From assembly GCA_963514005.1 (NCBI GenBank), contig OY740816.1, positions 17,980,001 to 18,044,000 on the forward strand: 64,000 nucleotides of DNA, written 5' to 3'. The stretch's first letter is position 1; each line of letters begins with the position of its first letter. Positions 13,146-26,620 of this stretch are shown here, in pieces. Both the position numbers and the translations under genes were made by a program. The notes under the pieces are model-generated. The model did no database searches. It was not told the origin of the DNA and saw nothing but the letters and a program-made list of their open reading frames with translations. Origin of the DNA: Raja brachyura (Eukaryota).

Positions 13146-14688
13146 TGAAGTTGTGGATTGAAAATATAATGATAGTATGTGTTTACTTACATCGATTAAT
13201 GTTGTTTTTCATCTACCAATTCCCATTTCCACTGCAAAAGTGTTGTATTTTTGATCAAACATAAACTGATTAAATTACAAGGTGGAAAGCAAATATTACA
13301 TTTATTTCTCGAGCCTGGGATATTCCAGTAAAAAATACTCAGTAATTTATGAAAGAGACGGAGCTTTTGAACAAATTTTAAAAGAATCACTTTTATCAAA
13401 TAATTTGGAGCTGATCTGAGTGATGTTCTCAAAGTTTACTTGGAGAAATCATCTCTGAGCAGCTAAGCAAGTAAGATCAATGTCAAAAGAATGAATTATA
13501 TCAGTGTTTGTGGAATTGTTCCGGGACATTATGTGACGTTCCCAGCCGCACCATAATGTACACAGCATCTTTTGAAGATGACCTTGGTTTGATACCAGTC
13601 AACTCTTTTTTTTACTTTGCTATTCTGAATGATGCAATTCAATCAGATTGTAGTCTCATAATTTGAAAACTGAAAAATCAATTTTCTTTCCATTGATTAG
13701 TAGAGGGCAAACTCTTTGCAAAACACTTTTGGTTCTTGTGTAAACACACTGTTTCAGAATTGATTCATGATAACAGCTTTGAAACAAACTGGTGGAATTG
13801 AAATGTAAAGCATGTTTAAATTCACGGGTCACTGAATATGCTTGTACCACTGAAAATTTGGAGTTAACCTCGATTAAATCGTGTAGGGTGGAAATGAGTT
13901 TTGTTTAATTGCATATTGTGCTGCGGCTCGTGGCGATGTCTGCCATAAGTAACTGATGTGGGGCAGCTTTCTTTCCTCTTGTGACATACTTTTTAGTGCT
14001 CGAAGACAGAATGCAGAAAAATTGGATATCGTCTACCCAACTGGAGAGCAAATTATACATGACATTTATATGGAATGTATAATTCAGGTACATGGTGGAA
14101 ATATTAGAATCATCTTCCAAACTGTCTTGTATTTTTAAATTTCCACAAAGTTCTTTCAATGAGCAATAACAAATTAATACTTGTGGAATTTGAGACTCAA
14201 GATAAATGTTAACGGATAAAACTGGATCACTTGCTTTGCACTGTGTGCAACTTTTTATGCAGAAATCAGTCTCAAAGCATTGGAATTTTGCTACGTGGGT
14301 GTTACTGTTTTGCCACCTTCCCACTTCTCCTGGCATTTCATTGTTACCTCGTGGTACAGTGATTTAGTACAATTAGTTTAGAATATGATGTACTGCAGTC
14401 AACCTTTCATTTATGTCCAGCTTAATTGACAACCCCAACATAAATTTTAACTGACCCTTCTCAGGAAGAGGATAAGTAATAAGAACTAAAGAATACACTG
14501 TTTATCATGTTCGGAATTCTTTTCATAGCTGGAGAGCTAAGATATGACAACAGTTGGCAACGGGCTGATTTGTATGTTATCATTTTTTATTAATTGAAAA
14601 TTTGCTGAATGACAGTTCAGAAAACAATTAGACCCATCAAAGATATACTTGAATCTACTTAAACTATGGAATTACGGAAGAAGGGCCT

Positions 14689-14780
14689 CTGGTGAAGGGT
14701 TTCGACCCGAAACGTTACCCATTCCTTCTCTCCAGAGATACTGCCTGTCCCACTGAGTTATTCCAGCTTTTTGTATCTAT
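14689..14780 (+). mobile_element. Penelope-derived pLTR fragment
   Basis: ctggtgaagggtttcgacccgaaacgttacccattccttctctccagag. Confidence 0.75.
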
Positions 14781-14814
14781 GGAATTACTTGACTGAAAGA
14801 AAAACAGAAAATCC

Positions 14815-15090
14815 TGGAAAAACTCTGAAGAACCGCATCTACAAGGCTCCTGTCAGGAGTATAATGGAATACTCCTCACTTGCCTGGATGTGTACAGATT
14901 TCACAACAATAAAGAAGCTTTGCATCTGTACCATAGGCACCCCATCCACAGCCATTCACTCATTCCACCATTGATGCACAGTAGCATCAGTTCGTATTGT
15001 CTACATGATGTATTACAATAACTCAACAAAGGTTGTTTAACAGAACCTTCCAAATCAATTACCGGCTAGAAGGACAGCAGCAACAAAGGT
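14815..15090 (+). mobile_element. old LINE reverse-transcriptase C-terminal remnant
   Basis: IYKAPVRSIMEYSSLAW in ORF 14771..14974 resembles the LINE thumb motif YKxxVRxxLEY. Confidence 0.65.
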
Positions 15091-16646
15091 ATCGCTTGGT
15101 CAACCCCCCCCCCCCCACAGCATTGTTAAACATATTTCTTAATTCCCTTAACACCTAAATAATATTGATACCTCTGTGTACTGAGTGATTTGAGTCCCCA
15201 CAACTCTCAGCTGAAAGACTTCAAACTTTCACTATTCATGTTTGAAGAATTTATTTTCTCATCCTGGCCTTGTACAAGGCTAAGATCCCTAGTTCTCGAT
15301 AGCTAGGGACAACCAACTCGGCAACTACTCTGTAAAGCCCTTATAACAATTTTGTATATTTATTGAGATTCTCTTAAACTGGAGCATGGACCCGGTCTGT
15401 TTAATCTTTCCTCAGAATAAATCCTCTGTCTGAGGAATTGATCTTCTGATTTCTGCTGAATTCTCTCTATTACAAGTATGCCGTTTTGGTAGGGAGATCA
15501 CAGTGATTGACAATATTCCTGATGCACCACCTCTACTTTTCCAGTCAAAACTAGTATGTTGTTTGCCTTGCCACTGCCAATTGTGAATTATCTATGATTT
15601 GCGTTCTAGAGAACATTTGTGTACTTTAGAACACTTCCTCTGACATTTTTGTTTAAATTCCCTTTCTATTTTGTTTTACAAAAGTGGATTACTTTTTTAA
15701 CGTTATACGTCATCCATTAAGTCCTGTTATTCACTTTGCATGTCCATGTCCCTTTAAGGCAGCTCTCCGTCATTTTCATAGAACATAATGCTGCTTAGCT
15801 TATGGTATCATCAGCAAGCTTGGACATATTACATGATCCGATGTCCAAATATAGATTGATTAATTACAGCTGAGATATTAGCACCAACCCCGTGGCATCC
15901 CACTTGTGTAGCCTCCTACTGATTTCTATAAACTAATCCTCCATCCATGCCTGTATATTAACCCTCGTGCGTTCTGGTTTTTTTAATCTCTTATTCGGGA
16001 CCATATTGAAGACTTTCTGAAAGTATACATCTCTTATAACCTCAAACGCATCAGGTTTGTTAAATGTGATTTATCTCATAAAGTTGTTATTTTCTGAGTA
16101 CCTTGTTCATGATAGATTCCAGCATTTTCCTTCTTTTTTTGATGTCACGTAAATACATGCAAGTAAATAATCAGGTAAAGTCTTTTCATACAGGGAAATT
16201 ATTCGTCTGGGGTTGTAATGGAGGCAAATTGAATATAGAATTGAATAGTATCTCAGGAATTTTCACAGCAATGGGAGAGGATGGGTGCGGGACCAGCTGG
16301 ATTTATTTTGCATGGAACCAACACAGAATTGATGGACCAAACAGCTGCCTCCTAAGCTGTAACCATCTTGTGATACTGTGCAATTGTGAGCATTATATTA
16401 TCTAATTCAGTATTTACTAGATGGCAGGACCTAATCTATGTTGTACCTTCCTTCTGATAAAATTACTACAAATTATTTATATTGTCAGAACTATTTCCCT
16501 GCCTCTTCCCTCTAAACTTTGCGTGAGTGTGCATCCATCGAGTAGACGACATAACAACAGCTGTTGCAGGCAAATGCATATTCTTGTGTTCAAAATTTGT
16601 GGAAGTAAACTGCAACTAAGCTTGAGCATTGTTTTGTGTCATATAG

Positions 16647-16864
16647 TTGAAAGCGGTACATGAGCAGCTGGCTGCCCTTTCCCAACCCCAACTGTCAAAA
16701 CCAAAGAAGAAAGAGAAAGATAAGAAAGAGGAGAAAAAGAAAGAGAAGGAAAAGGACAAAGAAAAAGAGAGGCATAAAAAGAAAGATGATGTGGAAGAAA
16801 AGAAAAAGAGCAAAGCTAAGGAGCAACAGCCAAAAAAATCAAAGAAGAGCAATGCAAATCCCAG
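16647..16864 (+). CDS. BRD4: BRD4 exon, motif B / basic interaction domain ([13 protein letters not shown]...KKKEKDKKE...)
   Basis: atatag|TTG acceptor, CAG|gtaaat donor, 218 bp, phase 0-2. Confidence 0.96.
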
Positions 16865-18145
16865 GTAAATCTGCTTGCAAGTTTATTTCTCCGTCATTCA
16901 AATACTAGTTAAATAGCAGTCATGGTTAAATCATTATTTCAGGTGAACGCCTGGTCTGAGACTATATCAAATAGAAATTTGATATAAGTTGAGTTATATA
17001 TGGTGATATGGGGGTTGACAACAGAGTGGTTCAAGCACTGGACAATTGACCCAGAGAAACCAGTTTGATCACAGGTTTGATCAGTTTGATCATCTGGGAT
17101 CAAGTCACAATATGGATGCAACTTAAGGATGAGTCTGATCCCAACCAGCTTGATTTTATTATGTCTTCCTGTTTTCTGATTCTGTCTCCTGAAATCCAGA
17201 GCACCCATTCACGCATGGTTGTGAAGACATTTTTGGGGTTACTGCAATATTTTTTGAAAGTTTCCGGATTGGAATCATTACTTTCAGCTGCTGTTCTACC
17301 TTGTCCGGATTTGTGACAAGGTTCATAAAACTTCTAGTTTTCATACGTATAGCTTGTCTGCTTTGGCTAATTGTTTTTGTATCTTTTGGATGCTTGCCCA
17401 TTCCTTCAAATAGCAGGATAATGCTTTGTATTGTGGTGAATAATCAGTAAGGCAAATTATTTTTGAATCCTGTGATTTAATGTTGAAGCTCTTCACTTTA
17501 CTGAAACATTTGCATTGGAACTAAATTAATGTGTACCATCTTTATCTCAAATAGTTCCTCAATCATTTAAGATACAGTAGTATTTAAGAGTTTATTGGGT
17601 TTTGTTTGAGCAGTGAAGGGAAAACGCGTCAGTTATGTGGTTAAATTGGACGTGGTGTGGATAGCGAGGAAAGTTGAAGCAACAACATTAAAAAGAACAA
17701 GTTGGGCAGAGCATTGTTTGATATAGCTTGATGCCAGCAAGCGCGTGCTGATGCATTTTGGGAGGTCAGTTAGGGGCCGGACATACGCAATAAATGGCAG
17801 GAGTCGATGGAATATTGCACAGAGACCCTCATGAAATGGAGATAATGAGGTCATACGTGCTTACAAAGATTCATAGAATGAAATTGTTTCTAAGGGTTAT
17901 GTTTACAATCCTTTATGGTGAATGTACTTGTAGTTATTGCTTTAAATGAGCAGAAGAAAGGTTATGGAGTACTTGGGCGTAACATTTCAACTGTTATGCT
18001 GCATTTATGTATAAATCTTGCTAAATGCTACTTGGTCTTCTTAACTGAGTAATAATAATCCCAATTCTCTGTGAAGCATGAAGAAAATCTGGACCTTTGT
18101 GAAATGTTTTAATGTTTGTCTTTATTTCCATCACTCTCCGTTCAG

Positions 18146-18432
18146 GAACATGAAGAACAACAAACCTGGACCCACGTACGACTCTGAAGAAGAAGATAAA
18201 TGCAAGCCGATGACCTATGAGGAGAAAAGACAGCTGAGTCTGGATATAAACAAACTTCCTGGAGATAAATTGGGGAGAGTAGTTCACATCATTCAATCCC
18301 GTGAACCCTCACTGAGAAACTCAAACCCTGATGAAATTGAAATAGACTTTGAAACTTTAAAACCCTCCACATTGCGAGAACTAGAACGATACGTTACGTC
18401 GTGTTTACGAAAAAAAGGGAGGAAACCTCAAG
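18146..18432 (+). CDS. BRD4: BRD4 exon, extraterminal (ET) domain ([68 protein letters not shown])
   Basis: ttcag|G acceptor, AAG|gtgagt donor, 287 bp, phase 2-1; canonical ET sequence. Confidence 0.98.
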
Positions 18433-21400
18433 GTGAGTTTATCCCTTGCATGGTGAGATGCATGAGAGATGAGCCTTTGGGAACTAATAGCATTTTTCGA
18501 TCAATTTTACACAAAATTACAGAAGCCATTCCTGAAATCAGTAATCCTTCTCTTTACTTAAAATTTTCTGCACTTTCACACCCCACACTATTTCTTGATT
18601 GTAGTGCCCTTTGGGAGCATTTTTTTCCCTTCTAGGCTTTTCCTTATTTTACCTCTGAAAGTCAGCTGTTTGGTGGTTTATAAGAGTGACGTGGGTGATT
18701 GTTTCTTTCCTAAATCTTCAGCTGGAGTCCAGGCCACACTGCTGCAATTCTGCAATGTGTCAACACACTGCATTATTGCCAGGGACTGATTCGTTGAAGC
18801 AATAGCCAGTTTTTTTTTCAGATGAAATATTAACGTACATTAAAAGCCTGGCATTTAACACGTTGGAGATGCGTTTGAGAGAAACGAGCATCTTTTTTTC
18901 CACACTGATAGATTGTAGGGTCACATTAAGCAAGGCTTATGTGACATGTTAGAAGCTAGCAGAAAGGCTGCAATGCTAATTAGAATGGCTTTCTGTACAA
19001 CTTCAGTCTCTTGCTCTGACAATCGGAATTCCGCAAATGAAATGTACTTTTGTTGGTTTTACTTGAATCTTGTTGGATTACTTATTGGAATCCATTAAAA
19101 TGTTGTCCTGGCAGTTCCTCTTGCAAATATATCCCAATGAGATCCCACTTTTGTGACTTAATATGAAGTGTAGGAAACAGGACCATGTGTACGTTGTAGG
19201 TTTTTAATCATGAAACGCTCAGCTTCCTTTCAGCATCTTGTATGGCCAGAATGATGAGGAACTGCAGGTTATTTTTTTATTTTACAGTCATTTTTCTAGC
19301 TGTTGGTTTGATAGGAAACAGAAACAGGAATGCTCTTTGATATTTTCCCCACCCAAGTGTCAATTTGACATTTCCATGCAAATAAAAACATTTTTGATAA
19401 CAAAAATATTTCCTCATTTCCTTTTGCTGTGACATGGTGAATTGTGGCCCTCAATTTGCTTAGTGTCATAGAGATTAAAAAACATTGACTAAGTTACCAT
19501 CTGAATTTTTTTGGTATTGCTACCCAAATTCATCCCCTGTCTGTTTTCCAAAAACCGAAGTCTAGAGAGGATTACAGAAAAAATCAGGTTAATTAATGTT
19601 TTGGTTATCCTGAGGCGGGGCATACAAATTTTACCTTTGAAATCAAATATATTTATTAATAATAGTTTAAAGTACTATTTTTATTCTCAATTAATTTGAT
19701 TAATAAACTAAACTGTTTCTGATTTGAATAACCTAAATTGTTTCTGATTGGAATGATCAAAATCTGTGTAGTGTATAAATCCCTAAAGTACATTAACAGC
19801 AGTAAAGCCATTGTGTCAGAGCTGTAGAATGGGTACCAAGTATTAGATGATCTATTAAAGTTAAAAGTAAAACTGTTTATTAGAATAATCCCACTGTTCT
19901 TTAGGTAGTCTTGGAGGTTAAATCTTATCAGTTGCTCATCTTTTTAAACAAAATATGGGTTGCTGCTTCCCCACCCAACCCCACCCTGGTCAGGCAGTGA
20001 ATTCCAGATCCCCGTTATTAAGGCGTGATTTTTTTTTTTCCCCCTCATCTTCTCTGTCTTGTTAATTAACGAAGTCTGACTGAAGTCATCTTATACGGGT
20101 CAGTTACAGGAGCAAAGAAGAAACATCTTGGAGGGAGAGGAGTGTCTGGCTGATGTCCTCTTGGATAGTTGCACTACATGGCATGATAGAGGTGCAGGAT
20201 GGGAATGTAATTTTTTGGGTTGGGGACTCAAAGTCAAGAACGCAAAAATGAAAATGTTAACAGTTGTGATAGTGATCTTGATGGGCATTATTAGACGGGA
20301 AGAAAAGAAATGCCTGTGGCCCACCTGGATGCACCTATTTATTTTTTCCCGCACCCTCCCCTTCCACCTACATTCCTTCACAGGGATAGGCGATTGAGTC
20401 CAAAGGACTTGTACTCAATCAGGGCCAGTTAACTGTTCACCTTGCTTGCTTGTTAGATAGCGAAGTGCTTTGGTGTTTATTTAGTTTGGAACATGATTTA
20501 CCTCATGAATTAACAGTCTGATGGCATCACTCACCAGGTTTGGAGATGGAATTTGCTGATTTTACAGAAGGCAGCAAATGTAAAATTAAACACCAACCAA
20601 TTTCCATGGGCCTTATGGTTCAACCTGTTCTGTATTTGAGTTACTTTTATGTAGTGTTGTGTTTGGCTTCTGAATTCTTGCATTTTGCTGCAATATTTTC
20701 CCACTGTCTTCGGATCCATGTTTCATGCAGTGGAAAACATTATGGCTCACAAAAGTTAATTTGAAGCTTCCTCTCTGATCCAAAAAGTGACTCTGCAGGA
20801 AGACAATTTACAAGGCCAAATGGACCATCAGTCAGTTCACAATACAATATGTTGTCAATTAACAGTAAACCTCAAATTTTGGAACATTTGAAGATTATTG
20901 GCCCAAAGCCACATTTTTTAAATTTATTTCCCTTTTGAAATATTCCTGGTACACTTGACTGTAAATTTAAGATTTACACATTTTAAACTACCATTCACTT
21001 CTCTTATTTGGTGCTTCTCAAATGGAAGCTTGGTTTGTTAGCTACCCAGGACCAATATTAAACTTGCCTAATCAAATACAGCATACCCATGAATACTGAA
21101 AAATTACATCTACATATTGTTCCCTAACTGCAATATAAGTCAATGCATGGATAATTCACTGAGGGGTCCAAGTGCTCTTGCATCCTCCAGTGAGTTATCC
21201 ACATGTTTCTTAAGAGTACTAATGCTACACTTAGGTTATTTTTATATACTTTTGATTCTAAGGAGCGGACACAGTACAAATTCATTTTGTCTCGTGGTAC
21301 AATCCCACCATATCGAAATAAAAATAAACCAGAGTATAATTTACTCTTTGTCCAAGATGCTAACAAATACATGTCCTTGGATATTTTTATTTGCTGATTG

Positions 21401-21619
21401 TCATTGGAGTTGGTTATATACCATGATATTCTGACCTTCACTATTGTGGGGACAGATGCTATTGCAAATCTACCCATGCTACCAACACTTTTTGTCACTA
21501 CTATTAGCTGACAGACACAATTAAAACGTGCCTTTAATGTAGCTAAATGTACCAGGGCACTTAACAGTAATGTTTTTGTCCTTTTAATGGTGTCGTGGGC
21601 TATATCAATGGTAGTGACC

Positions 21620-21870
21620 AATAAGTAAGTTTATTGGCCAAGTATTCGCATACAAGGGATTTGCCTTGGTGCTCCGCCCACAAGTAACAACATGACATAC
21701 AGTGACAGTTACGAATCACTCAGTAAACGCTAAACATTAATAATAATAAAACATTAATGATAAAACACCATTGATTAGGCATGTGAACCAACAAAATACC
21801 AGATCAAAGGGAGGCTACAGATTTTTGGCTGTTGAATAGAGCAACTACTCGTGGATAAAAACTGATAAAA
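21620..21870 (-). mobile_element. Rex1-type LINE 3' end
   Basis: Closely similar to 44985-45210 (aagtttattggccaag...gccttggtgctccgc...caagtaacaac). Confidence 0.85.
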
Positions 21871-22149
21871 ACAGTGTCTAAGGAACTTACGGGACATTTA
21901 TCGAGGAGGAGAATTATGGAGCATGATGCCAAGATGTCTAAAAGTACAGCTGTCAGTAGAGGTGTTTAAAATAGAGTCCAGAATTGGAGGTCCTGACACC
22001 TTGTTGGGCCCTTGGGAAGAAGAGTGAATCGTCACGGTCAAGGACTTTATAATGAGGGATCTAATGACCAGGATCTCAATAGTTTATAGCATATAAAGTA
22101 TGAGTAAGTTTTGTAGTGATAAGTTCAGTCATGTTTTTGTAAAGTGAAA

Positions 22150-22560
22150 ATAGGAAATCATATTCTGTGAAACTTAAGGATGCAGAGGCATCGGGGTGAA
22201 CTCATGCATTATTTTTCAAAAGGTTAGTATGCCAGCACTCGGTGATTAGAAAAGCTAACAATCTTAATGTTTATTGCGAGGGTTATTGGATACACAAGTA
22301 GAAAGTTCATGCTTCAGTTACATTGGCTATTGGACTACATCTGGAGCACACATACAGCATTAGTAAACTTATGAAATGAAGAATGTTAAGCAGCTGAGAG
22401 AGGTTTATGAGACAAATATTTAAAATGAGGTTTGATAGGCTTGGCTTGCATCTGCTGGAGTTTAGAAGAGTGAGACTTGATTGCAATGTAAAATCCTGAG
22501 GGTTCTTGACCCAGATGGAAGGGCATGTTTCATCATGGGAGAATCTCAAACTCGTGATGA
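22150..22560 (+). mobile_element. degenerate CR1 LINE fragment
   Basis: ctggagtttagaagagtgaga...gggagaatctcaaactcg resembles the CR1 ORF2 3' part seen in younger copies. Confidence 0.6.
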
Positions 22561-24372
22561 TAGCCGATTTCGATGATAGGGATGATACATTGTCAGGAAC
22601 TCGTATGTGGGTCAAACACATTGCATAGATTGACTTGGTTTTATTTGATTATCAAGATATTTGAGATTACCTAATCTCTCAGACTTCGCCCCAGTGTTCT
22701 GGCTTGCTCACATTATACATCAAAATACTGTGATTCTGAGAATAAATATTTAACAAGACCAACCCTTGCCCAATTCAGGTGCAGTTGAACTGACTTTAGT
22801 GAAGTCTTAGCCAGACCCGCAGTGTGATTCTCCAGGTAAGCCATGGCAGATGTACATTTACAGCATTAGGAATGTACATGTTTCCAGACAGTGCTAATTA
22901 TATATACAGTAGGTACTCTTGTCTTTGTGGGCCTATTGTGGGTTTGCTGTATGGGATTAGGTAGAATCAATACATTAATACGTAAAATTGAACACAAATT
23001 TCTCTGCCTGTACATATACGACACCATTTTATTCTTTGTTGCAGAAGCTATTGATATTCAAATTTGTAGGATTTTTGTATGGTGATGGGGGAAAAGGACT
23101 TGCTGTATTAACTTCAAAGAGTAGATAATCTGCTTCAATGTATTTTGATAACTTGGTAGTTGCAAATGAGATAAATAACCAATTAATTCACTGATTCCAG
23201 TGAGGATGAATTTTGATATCATTATTATTGGTAATGTATGATGTTTTCATTACGCACCATGAACAGGCCCTGATTTGGGTGGTTTGTTCTGCATTTTTTT
23301 TGTTGGAAGACATTTGTAATGTTCAGTTTTTATGACAACAATCATCTTCTGTTTACTTTGGATGTGTGATCATTGTTAAATGATCTACACTGTCACAGCA
23401 TCATTGGACTTGTGAATGGGCACACACAGGTTAGGTATTGACATCTTTGGGGCTGCTTAACCTAGAGATCAGAGCAACAGCTGGTTTTCAGAGGTACACT
23501 ATTTTCTTTTTAATCTTGAACCAGATTTGGCTTCTCCAGCTAAATTTATTTTGAATTTGGCAAACATCGTGAATTTCAGTAGTGACGTCATGATATCAAA
23601 GTAAATCTTTATGGGGGACAAATATTGTAGGTAATATTTCTCATAACAAAAAAAATGAGAAAGAAAGTGGTGCACTAAAACACAATTTCTTGGGGTCATA
23701 TAACTCATTATAATGCTAACCATGCTGAAGGAAAAGACTGGATACTTCCACTGTTGCCGTAGCAAATCTCTGGTTGTCATGGCAGCTAGTATATGGTTTG
23801 GGAAAGTTGAGAAACTTTGTTGACCAGTTGCTTCAACCGTTAGCCTTTTACTATGAGTGAAAGTGGTTAAAATGAAATTTAACTTGGTCCAAGTTTGGTT
23901 AAAGTAAAAATTGTTTTTATTCCTCACAATTCATGTGCCTTTTATGGTTATTTTTTTGAAGTTGACTTCTTTATAATCAGTGACCAGGAATATTTTTTAA
24001 CCCTCACTCCCTTTCCCTCTGGTCTGATTATCTGAGCAGCTCTTTGTTTGGTTTGAATGTCTTTGGCAATAAATTGAATTGTGCATTCTATATACTTCAG
24101 TATTTTTTAAAATGTGGTTTATGTTTCACAAAACAAAATTATCATGACCTCGCTACATGCTTCCAAACATTTGCTAAATTCTCTTTTAGATTATTGGCCT
24201 TTTAAGTTGCAAACAATGAATGGATCCTTTTTTTCCTTTAGCTGCTTTTCCTTCCTTCAATTTGCATCTGATCCCATGTGCCAAATTAGAGTCATTTTTA
24301 TTCACTGTGTTGTACCTGTATAATGGTACCAAAGTGTTTGGTCCAAATCTTGTTGTGTGATGCTGTTTGCAG

Positions 24373-24492
24373 TGAAAAAAGTCCCAGGGAAATCGAACGA
24401 TGACCTCCAGCTAGACTCGAAGAGTGAGCTGGATACCAGGTTACATGACGTTAGCGGCCAGCTGAGCACTGGGAAGAAACCAGGCATAAAAG
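24373..24492 (+). CDS. BRD4: BRD4 exon, post-ET coiled-coil-like segment (VKKVPGKSNDDLQLDSKSELDTRLHDVSGQLSTGKKPGIK)
   Basis: tttgcag|TG acceptor, AAG|gttggt donor, 120 bp, phase 1-1, stop-free in the ET frame; aligns with the BRD2/BRD3 motif [32 protein letters not shown]. Confidence 0.88.
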
Positions 24493-25429
24493 GTTGGTGT
24501 AGTGCAACCTTGTGAAGTAGACCCTTAGGTTATCCTAGGTTGGGGCCAAGGTTAAAATAAATTTGTACGTATTTGTAATAGCTTTAATTTTGTGGTGCAC
24601 ATACCTCTCAAACTGCAATGCGTTGATTGGCAGAATTCTGGTTTATGCTTTCAGAGGAATGCGGCTTTTGGTAGCATTTGTAAATTGCCCGATTTTGATT
24701 GGTTTAATTTGGCTGCTATTTCTATGTGTGCAACTTTATATTGCGTCACAGTAATTTTTTTAAAAAGCATACAGTTGAGAGGTATGGTGGTTACTTTCAT
24801 CAGTATTTGTGATTTAATAGATTGAAACGATCTTTTTGTTTAATCTGGATGTGTACTGCAGGAAATCACTGCAACCGCAGGCAGCGGGTAAGATGTGATT
24901 TTTTTCCTTTTTTTTTCCTTTTCGAAGCTTTGCAGCAAATCGAGTTCCACGAGGTCCTGTATTCTGCCTATGATGATAAATCAATTTTAATGCTGCTTCA
25001 TCCAGATCATTATTTCTTGCCATGAATGTAGCATATGAAATTAACAATTATTAAAAATCATAAATTCTGCTGATGGAAAATTGTTTGTATGGAAATGTTT
25101 AACATTAAAACAGGAAGCCAGAGATGCACTGGTAAACGTGGCTCAAAAATGAGTTCTCTCATTTACATTTTCAGACCAGAGCAATGGGATTATAGTTGTA
25201 TTTTCTCCTGTCTTTTCTCTAATTTTGTACACTGAACTCAAGAACTAATAATTTGAGGACTTGATATTAAAATGGATATCAAAGGCACCAATTTAATATA
25301 TGTGGCAGCCATCAATTTGATAACACATACATGTTCCTCTTTCCCCCTACTGTCCCAGAAAGCAAAATTGCGGACAGCGCATTCTTTCTCTTTACCAAAC
25401 CAGTATATATTTGGGTGAAGTTTGTTCTC

Positions 25430-26228
25430 CAGGTTGTTCTGCTACAACACATGTTGTAACTCATAAACTCATATCTCTAATTGGGTATAACATCATTGAA
25501 GAAATAAGGAACATTACTGTATTATGTGGGTCAAATTGGTAATAATGCAATTTTAATCAGAAACAAGGTGACTAATGTCACTTTGGAAATTAACAAGCAG
25601 AGACAAAGCTGTCTTGGTGGGGTGGGTGGGGGGGGGGGGGGGGGGGAGAAATCGAAGGGACAAATACTTTCTATGTAACTGTCCAGTTGTAACCATTGTC
25701 TTGTAAGAACAGAGGCCAGTGGCTTGAGAAATTGACAAGCAAGTTAGGCATACATTGCTGGAGTAACTCAGCAGGACAGGCTGCATCTCTGGATTGAAGG
25801 AGTGGGTGACATTTTGGGTCGAGACCCTTCAGAATGAAGAACGATCTTGACCTGAAACATCAACCCATTCCTTCTATCCATAGATGCTCCCTGTACCGCT
25901 GAGTTACTCCAGCATTTTGTGTCTATCTTCAGTGTAAACCAGCATTTTCAGTTCCTGACTACGAAATTGACAAACAATCGTTTCCATTGACACTTGTGCA
26001 ATGATACTTTATTAAACAATGTTACATACGGCTTTCAGTAACAAAAATAAAATTACAGCTATTAGAAAAACCTTTTTGAAAACTCTGTATGGGGAAAAAT
26101 AACTAATTGTTGGTCCCCAGCCCCAGCTCACTTTTCTCCCCATTAACTCAATAGTTCTTAATAACTCCATTTTCTATAACCCAAGGCTTCTTAGGAACAC
26201 AACTATTGCTTTACAGCAGAACTACCTG
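25430..26228. mobile_element. Tigger/pogo-like MITE interrupted by a Penelope-derived element
   Basis: Termini caggttgttctgctacaac / ttacagcagaactacctg followed by TA; internal sequence shared with the 34035-34570 copy. Confidence 0.7.
25743..25962. mobile_element. Penelope-derived foldback element
   Basis: 15-bp TSD gaaattgacaa(g/a)caa at 25728-25742 and 25963-25977; inverted arms. Confidence 0.85.
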
Positions 26229-26239
26229 TATATGTGGAG

Positions 26240-26620
26240 ATTAAGCACTTATCTATGGTATTAAAGGTGATCTAATTGAAGCATAGAAAACTGTAAAGGA
26301 GGTTGACAGGTTGATGCAAGGATAATGTTTGCATGGCTAGAAATCTGGAACCAAAGATTACAGTTTCAAATTCAGGTGTTGGCCGTTCTGGACTGAAATA
26401 AGAAGACATTTCATCACTGAGGATGAATCTTTGGAATTATTTATCCAAGGAACTTATGAGATTCAGTTGCTATAAATATTCACGTTGATGTCAATATATT
26501 AAGGAAAGTAAATGAAATGGGTTTAATTCCAGAAGCTGACACTGAGGAAAATATTAGCCATGATCACCGTGTTGAGGAAATAGGCTTATGAGCTGAGTGG
26601 CTCATGAATGTTCTTATGTC
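26240..26620 (+). mobile_element. degenerate CR1 LINE 3' end
   Basis: aaggtgatctaattgaagcata...gaatctttggaatt...ttagccatgatc pattern of CR1 3' ends. Confidence 0.65.

Noticed and set aside
18433-18635. ET exon ORF continuing about 67 codons past the donor
   Set aside because: Strong AG|gtgagt donor at the conserved position and no homology in the extension; likely chance intronic read-through.
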